Counted from the first letter of the stretch, positions 18,555 through 25,413 are shown. The stretch is 41,126 nt of DNA from Gammaproteobacteria bacterium (GCA_045561195.1 JBJKYE010000038.1:1-41126); one strand, 5' to 3'. The notes: generated by a model from the sequence alone, not told the origin. Numbers and translations are program-made.

Positions 18555-19856
18555 ATGAATATAATTACAAATAGGATATTTACATTATTTACGTTAATTG
18601 GTATTGGTTTATTACCTAATATTGGTTATGCGGAAAATTCTGAACTTTCTGGTGCTAACACGGCCTGGATTTTGACGTCTACAGCTTTGGTGTTATTTAT
18701 GACGATACCAGGTTTAGCATTTTTTTATGGAGGATTGGTTAGAAATAAAAATGTATTATCCGTTTTAATGCAGTGCTTTGCATTGACATGTCTAGTATCA
18801 ATAATGTGGGTTGTTGTTTTGTATGGATTAGCGTTTGGCGACGGTGGCTCTTTAAACTCAATCATTGGAAGCTTTGATCAAATATTCATGTCAGGTATAA
18901 CAAATGAGAGTTTAAGTGGAGATATTCCAGAATCAGTCTTCGCGATGTTCCAGTTAACATTCGCAATTATAACTCCAGCACTAATAGTTGGTGGTTTTGC
19001 AGAGAGAATGAAGTTTTCTTCTATGCTTCTATTTAGCACTCTTTGGATGTTGTTTGTTTATGCTCCAATATGCCACATGGTATGGGGCGGCGGATGGCTA
19101 GGAAATCTTGGGGTTATGGACTTTGCAGGTGGAACTGTTGTTCATATTAATGCTGGTATTGCAGCATTAGTTGCAGCAGTAATGCTAAGAGAAAGAAAAG
19201 GTTTTCCTTCGACTCCTATGCCGCCACATAATCTAACTATGACTGTTGCCGGTGCATCTATGTTATGGGTTGGATGGTTTGGGTTTAATGCCGGTTCTGC
19301 ACTAGCAGCTGACCAATCTGCTGGTATGGCAATGCTTGTAACTCATATTGGTGCAGCAGCAGGTTCTTTATCATGGATGGGCAGAGAATGGATGAAGCAA
19401 GGTAAACCAAGTGTCCTGGGTATAGTTACAGGTATGGTAGCTGGCCTTGGAACAATTACTCCAGCATCTGGTTTTGTTGGACCAATGGGAGCATTATTTA
19501 TTGGTGTATCCGCAGGATTAATTTGCTATGAGGCTACACAATATATTAAAAAAGTCCTCAAAATAGACGATTCTCTGGATGTTTTTCCAGTTCATGGAGT
19601 AGGTGGAATTCTTGGTACAATATTGACTGGAGTATTTGCATCAGCAAGCTTTGGAGGGATGGGTCTCGAAAACTCAATAAGCACGCAAGTATTTATACAA
19701 ATTATTGGTGTTGTGTTTACTATTATATGGTGTGGGTTCTTCACATACATAATTTTAAAATTGGTTGATAATCTTTTAGGTTTAAGAATTTCAGAAGAAG
19801 AAGAGGAAACTGGAATAGACTTAGCAGAACATGGTGAAAAAGGATACAATAACTAA
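18555..19856 (+). CDS. amtB: Ammonium transporter
   Basis: DFAGGTVVHINAG, LWVGWFGFN and DDSLDVFPVHG, with both pore His residues present. Start set to the ATG at 18555 after the AGGAG RBS. Confidence 0.97.
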   Translation: MNIITNRIFTLFTLIGIGLLPNIGYAENSELSGANTAWILTSTALVLFMTIPGLAFFYGGLVRNKNVLSVLMQCFALTCLVSIMWVVVLYGLAFGDGGSLNSIIGSFDQIFMSGITNESLSGDIPESVFAMFQLTFAIITPALIVGGFAERMKFSSMLLFSTLWMLFVYAPICHMVWGGGWLGNLGVMDFAGGTVVHINAGIAALVAAVMLRERKGFPSTPMPPHNLTMTVAGASMLWVGWFGFNAGSALAADQSAGMAMLVTHIGAAAGSLSWMGREWMKQGKPSVLGIVTGMVAGLGTITPASGFVGPMGALFIGVSAGLICYEATQYIKKVLKIDDSLDVFPVHGVGGILGTILTGVFASASFGGMGLENSISTQVFIQIIGVVFTIIWCGFFTYIILKLVDNLLGLRISEEEEETGIDLAEHGEKGYNN

Positions 19857-19864
19857 ACAATAAT

Positions 19865-19959
19865 ATAGTTAAAGCTAGGATTAGAGGGGGAGTTGCATAT
19901 AAAGATAACGCTTCTAACCTAGCTTCAACATATAAAAGAGGAGATTATTTCTTTTATAT
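19865..19959 (-). ncRNA. Candidate sigma54-dependent small RNA with two stem-loops carrying anti-SD loops
   Basis: Hairpin 1 at 19930-19959 (10-bp stem, loop AAUAAUCUCC). Hairpin 2 at 19872-19925 (AAGCUAGG/CCUAGCUU plus UUAGA/UCUAA, loop containing CUCCCCC). The 5' end coincides with the +1 predicted from a -24/-12 promoter. Confidence 0.65.
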
Positions 19960-19968
19960 ATAACTAAA

Positions 19969-19985
19969 TGCACAATTCATGCCAA
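19969..19985 (-). promoter_or_regulatory. sigma54 (-24/-12) promoter pointing toward the amtB 3' end
   Basis: Minus strand TTGGCATGAATTGTGCA (GG-N10-GC), sharing the TTGTGCA -12 element with the amtB promoter. Confidence 0.75.
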
Positions 19986-20053
19986 AACTAGTCAAAAGTA
20001 TTAATTATTATAAAATGTAGAAAATATAGATTATTTTGTGAATGTAAGCCTTA

Positions 20054-20806
20054 TTAAGACACCCTGATAACTTCAGTATCAAAACTACCATCATCATTTA
20101 GAGAAATTTTCCTATATCCTGGTAAAGCTTCAGGATCAATTATAAAATCCTTTGATTTCTCTTTAGCCTGATAGCATGTGGATGGTGTTGAAAAAAGTTT
20201 TGTCGATCCCATGTTAAGATTAAACTCATTGTGAATATGACCCCACGATACTGCCTTGATTTTATCGTATTTCATTATTCGATCAGTTAGTAATTCAGCA
20301 TTTTCTATTATCATGGAATCCATTGAAGCAGAACCAATTTGAACAGGGTGATGATGTAAAAATATAATAATATTTTCATATAACGTATTTGAAAGAACTT
20401 TGTCAAAACATACTAGTTCTTCGCTTTTAAGAAGTCCGTTAGGCGAGCCTTCTTTTTTTGTATTAAACATAAAAGCTCCCCAGTTATTAAAAGACTCAAA
20501 ATTTTTAAAAAAAATATTCTTATTATTTGATAAGGTTTTTAAGAGAGATGGAGAGTCATGATTGCCAGACATCAGGTAAATTGGTGTTTCAAAATCTTTT
20601 AACAGCTGCATTAGATGATCATAGGACTCTATAGAATAGTCATTTGAAAGATCACCACTTAAGATCAAACAGTCTATATTTTTTTCATTAATCCTTATAC
20701 TTTCTATAACCATATTAGCCGATTCAAAAGTATTAACACCATTACTGACTTTATCTTTCGATTTATTGAGATGAAGGTCTGTAATTTGAATTATTTTTGT
20801 ACTCAT
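20054..20806 (-). CDS. cpdA: 3',5'-cyclic nucleotide phosphodiesterase (CpdA/Icc metallophosphoesterase)
   Basis: QITDLHL, SGDLS, GNHD, LHHHP, WGHIH and TPSTCYQ. Confidence 0.85.
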   Translation of the reverse strand: MSTKIIQITDLHLNKSKDKVSNGVNTFESANMVIESIRINEKNIDCLILSGDLSNDYSIESYDHLMQLLKDFETPIYLMSGNHDSPSLLKTLSNNKNIFFKNFESFNNWGAFMFNTKKEGSPNGLLKSEELVCFDKVLSNTLYENIIIFLHHHPVQIGSASMDSMIIENAELLTDRIMKYDKIKAVSWGHIHNEFNLNMGSTKLFSTPSTCYQAKEKSKDFIIDPEALPGYRKISLNDDGSFDTEVIRVS

Positions 20807-20884
20807 AAACTCAGTTTTATTTGGTTATAGTTATATTGTAATGTATGAAACGCGGAAAATGTATATTTAACCTCATAAAATGTT

Positions 20885-20913
20885 TTGAGACTATTAAATC
20901 TATGGTATATTGT
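20885..20913 (+). promoter_or_regulatory. sigma70 promoter of rpmE2, predicted leaderless
   Basis: TTGAGA-17bp-TATTGT-7bp-ATG(20921); no SD sequence. Confidence 0.5.
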
Positions 20914-20920
20914 TCAAACT

Positions 20921-21166
20921 ATGAAAAAAGATACTCATCCAAAATATCAACCAATTATATTTCATGATGTTACATGTAATAAGAGTTTCTTGATATCTTC
21001 AACTCTGTCTCCCAAAGAGACCATGAAGTATGAAGATGGTAATGAATATCCTGTATATAAAATAGAAACTTCTTCTGAATCTCACCCGTTCTACACAGGT
21101 AAGGGTAGAATAGAGACAAAAGAAGGAAGAATTGCTAAATTCCGTAAAAAATATACTTCAAAATAG
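20921..21166 (+). CDS. rpmE2: 50S ribosomal protein L31 type B (zinc-independent)
   Basis: MKKDTHPKY...SSESHPFYTG; 81 aa; no CxC/CxxC pairs. Confidence 0.92.
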   Translation: MKKDTHPKYQPIIFHDVTCNKSFLISSTLSPKETMKYEDGNEYPVYKIETSSESHPFYTGKGRIETKEGRIAKFRKKYTSK

Positions 21167-21200
21167 TCCTTAACTAGTACACTCCATTAGCCAAATATCT

Positions 21201-21230
21201 AAATACATAATAAAAGTATGTATTTTTTAT
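21201..21230 (+). terminator. Possible AT-rich intrinsic terminator after rpmE2
   Basis: AAATACATA-N7-TATGTATTT followed by TTTAT; the stem is weak. Confidence 0.35.
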
Positions 21231-21239
21231 TCTATTTGC

Positions 21240-21350
21240 TTGACAGCTCTTTTTTGTTGATATAATGTTATGTACAAGACATGGACAAAAGTTATAAATA
21301 TTAGACAACATTAATATTATAATATATTTGTCCAGATATATATAGACAAA
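21240..21350 (+). promoter_or_regulatory. Promoter and putative operator repeats of the monooxygenase gene
   Basis: TTGACA (21240) and extended -10 TG-A-TATAAT (21258-21266). Repeated GACAA/TTGTC half-sites include the near-palindrome TTTGTC-N12-GACAAA (21327-21350). Confidence 0.5.
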
Positions 21351-21372
21351 AATACGACGTAGGAGGAGTATT

Positions 21373-22566
21373 ATGTTAACAATATTCGCAAACATTAAAT
21401 ATTTGCTTGCCCCAGTATTAATACTTGTGACTTTCGCAGGTGTACTAGCAGGTGGAATATTTGCATGGCTTGGTGTGGCATTGTTATTTGTAGGTATCGT
21501 AATCGATACACTTATCAAGAAACAAGCATCAAGTGTCATGCACAGTGATTCAGGAGAAACACTAGCAAGTCCAAAATTTCAAAACATGGTGATGTACTTT
21601 ATGTTACCAGTATTTGTATTACTACAACTTGCACTAGCATGGCGTGTATATGGCTTTATGACAGGAGTACCTGTAGAAGTAACATCAGTATGGATGGGTC
21701 TAATTCCAATTACCTCAGGAATTACAGGTCTTGACTTGATTGGTGCGACTCTATCAACAGGAATATTCGCTGGTATAGGCATCATATACGGGCATGAATT
21801 GTCACATTGCAAAGGTTTTGCATTTATCATTTCAAGAATGACTATGGCACTATCTGGCTCAGCACATTTCTGTTATGCACATGTATACAACCATCACCTA
21901 GAACTTGCAAGTGAAGATGATCCAGCAACTGCACCACGTGGGCGCACAATTTATGGTCATTACTTACTATCATATCTAGGTCAATCAAAATTTGTATTTA
22001 ACATGGAAAAAGAAAGACTAAACCGTATGGGTGTATCTTTCATTTCATGGCAAAATCGTTGGATCCGTGGTTATCTGATGTCAGTACCTTCAGTCGCATT
22101 ATTTTTTGCAGCTGGTGGATGGATAGGCGTATCTGCGTTAGCAGTAGTATGGGTTGTTTCAAACTTTGAGTTAGAAGCTTTGAACTATCTAGAGCACTAC
22201 GGCTTAATACGTGTAAAAGATCAACCTATTGACTATCGTCATAACTGGGATAACAACACATTGTTCACAAGTTGGTTCTTCATCGAAATTGGTCGTCAAG
22301 CTGACCATCATGATCGTGGTGAAACACACTTTTGGGAGCTTGAGAATGTAGGCGCACCTAACACAGGATGGGGCTACTTCACAATTTTTGCGCTAGCACT
22401 AGTACCACCAGTATGGCATTGGTATATGCGTAAAAGATTAGCTACATGGGACGAAAAGTTCGCAACAACTGAAGAAAAAGCGATTGCAACAAGAATCAAC
22501 AAAGAAGTTGGTTATGAAGGTACGCGTTTCGAAGGTGATGAACTATCATTCCCAATTGAAAATTAA
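21373..22566 (+). CDS. alkB: Integral-membrane non-heme diiron monooxygenase, AlkB/XylM family
   Basis: His boxes HELSH, HVYNHH, NYLEHYG and ADHH, plus DPATAPRG. The N- and C-termini (KYLLAPV...GG..AWLG; LATWDEKFAT.EE..IA...NKEVG) look XylM-like. Strong AGGAGGAG RBS. Confidence 0.85.
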   Translation: MLTIFANIKYLLAPVLILVTFAGVLAGGIFAWLGVALLFVGIVIDTLIKKQASSVMHSDSGETLASPKFQNMVMYFMLPVFVLLQLALAWRVYGFMTGVPVEVTSVWMGLIPITSGITGLDLIGATLSTGIFAGIGIIYGHELSHCKGFAFIISRMTMALSGSAHFCYAHVYNHHLELASEDDPATAPRGRTIYGHYLLSYLGQSKFVFNMEKERLNRMGVSFISWQNRWIRGYLMSVPSVALFFAAGGWIGVSALAVVWVVSNFELEALNYLEHYGLIRVKDQPIDYRHNWDNNTLFTSWFFIEIGRQADHHDRGETHFWELENVGAPNTGWGYFTIFALALVPPVWHWYMRKRLATWDEKFATTEEKAIATRINKEVGYEGTRFEGDELSFPIEN

Positions 22567-22594
22567 GGATAGTATATATCATAAGGAAATGATG

Positions 22595-22628
22595 ATGACC
22601 CCTCTATTTTAGAGGGGTCATTTTTTTG
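22595..22628 (+). terminator. Rho-independent terminator of the monooxygenase gene
   Basis: Perfect 12-bp stem ATGACCCCTCTA / TAGAGGGGTCAT with a TTT loop, followed by a T run. Confidence 0.9.
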
Positions 22629-23033
22629 CTAATAATGCAGTTGTATATCTTTGCTTATACCTCTGTAGATATAAGAACACCATCCACACTTGTACTTCAA
22701 TCCTAAGTTACATGCTAACTTAAATAGAATTTCATCTACTAATTCATTATTAATATTATTAATATTAAATTTAATATAATAATGATCAGGATTTTCTATA
22801 TTTTGGTGAGTACACAATAGATTACTTATCGAACCTTTTGTAGGTGATAGACATAAGAACTCTCTTATATCATTATTCACTCTAACTGTTGGTAAGAGTG
22901 ATTTATCACTATTACTACTCAGTGATAATATTATACACACATAAGACTCATCTAACTTAGAGTCTTTTATGATTAAATCATTAATCACTTTTGCAAATAT
23001 GCTGCTTGATACAGCATGGGTCTTAATTTTCAT
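22629..23033 (-). CDS. Hypothetical protein (134 aa, 6 Cys) under SAM riboswitch control
   Basis: Open frame with a strong GAGGAGAGG RBS embedded in a SAM-V-like aptamer. It ends at the alkB terminator. No family recognised. Confidence 0.75.
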   Translation of the reverse strand: MKIKTHAVSSSIFAKVINDLIIKDSKLDESYVCIILSLSSNSDKSLLPTVRVNNDIREFLCLSPTKGSISNLLCTHQNIENPDHYYIKFNINNINNELVDEILFKLACNLGLKYKCGWCSYIYRGISKDIQLHY

Positions 23034-23035
23034 TT

Positions 23036-23098
23036 TCCTCTCCTCTTTAGTGTTTTACCTGATCGGTATTGGTCACAAGCTGAAGATCAACAAACCAA
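23036..23098 (-). ncRNA. SAM-V riboswitch aptamer (translational), second of a tandem pair
   Basis: Minus strand UUGGUUUGUUGAUCUUCAGCUUGUGACCAA...AAAACACUAAAGAGGAG. P1 is UUGGU/ACCAA. It has the SAM-V signatures GUUGA, UUGUG and CACUAAA, and CUUC can pair with the GAGG SD. Confidence 0.8.
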
Positions 23099-23132
23099 AA
23101 AAAAACCACCATACGCTAAGCATTGGTGGTTT
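23097..23132 (-). terminator. Intrinsic terminator (riboswitch expression platform) between the two aptamers
   Basis: Minus strand AAACCACCA-AUGCUUAGCGUA-UGGUGGUUU continuing into a 9-U run. Confidence 0.85.
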
Positions 23133-23137
23133 ACCGA

Positions 23138-23185
23138 TCGCTTTAGCTATTTAACGCCGGCAAGCTGAATTTCAAAACGGCGTAT
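23138..23185 (-). ncRNA. SAM-II (SAM-alpha) riboswitch aptamer, first of a tandem pair
   Basis: Minus strand ACGCCG-UUUUGAAAUUCAGCUUGC-CGGCGU-UAAAUA-GCUAAAG. It has a 6-bp P1 and the SAM-II signatures UUUG, GCUUGC, UAAA and GCUAAA. Confidence 0.78.
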
Positions 23186-23189
23186 TTCA

Positions 23190-23218
23190 ATTACAACAAA
23201 TTAGGGAATTAATGTCAA
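23190..23218 (-). promoter_or_regulatory. sigma70 promoter of the riboswitch leader
   Basis: TTGACA-17bp-TGTAAT on the minus strand. Predicted +1 ~23183 is the first base of the SAM-II P1. Confidence 0.6.
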
Positions 23219-23226
23219 TAGATAAA

Positions 23227-24000
23227 CTATGATAATGGGTGTTTAAAATACTTTAATATCCCAAATTCTTTAGTTCTATCATCTAAACCAAGTTTAGTTC
23301 TTTCAAGATCGTTAGCATCTTTATATGTAAAAAATATTTTATCCCAAATAGTTAATATCGAACAATAATTTGCCTCTCTAGATTCTTTTTTAATCGTATG
23401 ATGATTGGTATGATATCTTGGCGTCACTATAAACTTCTCTAAGGTAGCATTCATTTTATCTGGTAGATCAATATTAGAGTGATGGAACTGATTGCTCATG
23501 GATAAAATAATTTCGTAAAAAATAAATATAGAAATAGGAATACCTATCAAGAATATTAAAGATACCTTAAATATAGATGATAGTAATAGTTCTCCAATAT
23601 GGAATCTTAAGGAAGTAGTCACATCTAGATGAGTGTCTAAATGATGTACTGAATGAAATCTCCAAAAAAAACTAATAGTATGGTTTATCCTATGCCACCA
23701 ATAAAATGCTAGGTCAAGTAACATCAAGCCAATTAAACTTTTGATAAAAAAATTAATTTCGAGATTATTAAGTAGCCCATAATTACTTTCATTAATGATA
23801 AGCAGGGCAGGTATAATAATAAACAGCGAAGGCAATCTCATAATTAATGTATTTATGAGGGCTATGAGTCCATGAAAACCAATACGCAAGATTCTTCTAC
23901 TAGTCCAAGTTCTTTTAGGAAAGTAGCTCTCAACTATAAGCATTAATAAGAAAAACATTACAAAAAAAATGAGTTTTAGGTTTGTAAGAAGCTCAATCAT
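23227..24000 (-). CDS. Sterol desaturase / fatty acid hydroxylase superfamily protein
   Basis: His boxes HRINH, HSVHH, HHSN and HTNHH, NY..ILTIWDKIF tail and membrane segments. Confidence 0.88.
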   Translation of the reverse strand: MIELLTNLKLIFFVMFFLLMLIVESYFPKRTWTSRRILRIGFHGLIALINTLIMRLPSLFIIIPALLIINESNYGLLNNLEINFFIKSLIGLMLLDLAFYWWHRINHTISFFWRFHSVHHLDTHLDVTTSLRFHIGELLLSSIFKVSLIFLIGIPISIFIFYEIILSMSNQFHHSNIDLPDKMNATLEKFIVTPRYHTNHHTIKKESREANYCSILTIWDKIFFTYKDANDLERTKLGLDDRTKEFGILKYFKHPLS

Positions 24001-24078
24001 TCTTTTATACTATCATCTATTGGAATAGAGAGTCATTATACAATATACTAAAAAAATTAATAATATTTAGGAAACAAA

Positions 24079-24855
24079 ATGACAAAGCCAAATGAAAGAC
24101 ATAGATTGAGTCGGATAATTGCAACCCTGGGACCATCAACAGATAATGAGAAGGAATTAATCACTATGTTAATGGCAGGCATTGCTAGACAGTGGACAGA
24201 CGGTGTTGATATTGCTAGGGTTCTTTACAGTGATGGAGAAAGCATTGCTAAAAACAGAATTGAGATATTTAGAGGTCAATCTAATAAAAGAAATCTATCA
24301 ACTCAGGTATATTTAGATTCTGATGAAGACAATATTGATCTTGATAAATATATAGCTTTTGCAAATTCGATTAACCCAGATATTATTTCTTTTCCAAAAT
24401 CTATAGGATTAGAACTGTTTTCTAGTTTAAAAGAAAATCTTAATAAAAATATTAAGATAAGCTTAAGATTAAGAAGTTCAGATACCTTTGCTGACCTTGG
24501 AGATTATTATGATCATTGTAGCTATGTAATGGTAGAATCTTCTTCTCAAGATATAGTTGATAATAAGCTTGTAGAAAATGCTAAATTAAAAAATGTTGAA
24601 CCAATTTACCTAGCAAAAATGCCTACATTAATGAAAGGTCAGGTACAATCTAGAGAGGAGAATTTTGAAATTGGGCATACTCTGGAAGAAGGTTTTGATA
24701 TTGTGGCGTTATATGAAGAAACAGCACAAGGACCATATCCTGCAAGATCTGTTAAGTGTATAGATGAAATTGCAGTAGAGTCTGAAAAGCTTCGTGTAAA
24801 TCCATTTGCAGATTTACTAGAAAAAATAATGAGTATTTTTAAAAGAACAACTTAA
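24079..24855 (+). CDS. Pyruvate-kinase-like barrel protein, truncated and degenerate
   Basis: RIIATLGPST and EETAQGPYPARSV match the ends of the PK A domain. It is only 258 aa and the catalytic motifs are altered. Confidence 0.7.
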   Translation: MTKPNERHRLSRIIATLGPSTDNEKELITMLMAGIARQWTDGVDIARVLYSDGESIAKNRIEIFRGQSNKRNLSTQVYLDSDEDNIDLDKYIAFANSINPDIISFPKSIGLELFSSLKENLNKNIKISLRLRSSDTFADLGDYYDHCSYVMVESSSQDIVDNKLVENAKLKNVEPIYLAKMPTLMKGQVQSREENFEIGHTLEEGFDIVALYEETAQGPYPARSVKCIDEIAVESEKLRVNPFADLLEKIMSIFKRTT

Positions 24856-25190
24856 CCAGGAGGCCATCCAAAAGGTCTTCCTGCCAATATATGTAAATGT
24901 AAATGGAACACTGTTTGACCTGCTTCAGAGCCATTGTTTATGATAATCCTATAATCTGTTATACCCATATCAGACGTTACTTTTTTCGCAACTAGCAGTA
25001 AATGGCCTAATAAATTCTCATCTTCGTCATTAGCATCACTTATCTTAGCAATATTTTTCTTTGGTATTATCAATATATGTGTAGGCGCTTGGGGACTAAT
25101 ATCATTGAAGGCTATCGATAGATTATCCTCATAGACAATATCTGCAGGTATTTTTTTATCAATTATCTCTTGGAAAATATTTTCAGACAT
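24852..25190 (-). CDS. hinT: Histidine triad nucleotide-binding protein
   Basis: AFNDISPQAPTHILIIPK and GQTVFHLHLHILAGR...WPPG. Confidence 0.93.
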   Translation of the reverse strand: MSENIFQEIIDKKIPADIVYEDNLSIAFNDISPQAPTHILIIPKKNIAKISDANDEDENLLGHLLLVAKKVTSDMGITDYRIIINNGSEAGQTVFHLHLHILAGRPFGWPPG

Positions 25191-25413
25191 ACTTTTTCAT
25201 TTTTGCCATATAAGAAGTTTTTAATTTCTCTAAATCTTCCGACGGCATTGGGCTATCAGATTCATTTTTTGTGGTACTTTGATTTTCTGATATCTTTCTG
25301 AGTAATACATTAGTTTCTTCCTGAAGTTTTATTAATTTCTTAAAAAAAACTAGGCCATTTAATAAAGTCAAAACAATCATGACAAAAAGGAGTAGTTGTA
25401 TTATTTCCATCAC
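25183..25413 (-). CDS. Hypothetical single-pass membrane protein
   Basis: N-terminal hydrophobic helix followed by a coiled, charged tail. Overlaps both same-strand neighbours, consistent with translational coupling. Confidence 0.65.
   Translation of the reverse strand: MMEIIQLLLFVMIVLTLLNGLVFFKKLIKLQEETNVLLRKISENQSTTKNESDSPMPSEDLEKLKTSYMAKMKKYV

Noticed and set aside
19936-19975. Plus-strand AGAGGAG read as the RBS of a small peptide after amtB
   Set aside because: No start codon at a suitable spacing. The purine tract is the complement of the candidate sRNA loop.
19990-20150. NtrC enhancer for the sRNA promoter
   Set aside because: No convincing TGCACC-N5-GGTGCA match by eye, so the activator of this promoter is unknown.
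20829-20843. Possible Zur box upstream of the type B L31 gene (AGTTATATTGTAATG)
   Set aside because: Only a partial match to TGTTAT-N3-ATAACA in AT-rich DNA, far from the predicted rpmE2 promoter, and better explained as the cpdA -10 (TACAAT, minus strand).
21174-21539. 121-aa minus-strand ORF
   Set aside because: Shadow of the monooxygenase 5' end and its promoter region; no RBS or recognisable motif.
22969-23154. 61-aa plus-strand ORF
   Set aside because: It is antisense to the tandem riboswitch and the start of its gene, has no RBS, and the sequence is fully explained by the minus-strand RNA elements.
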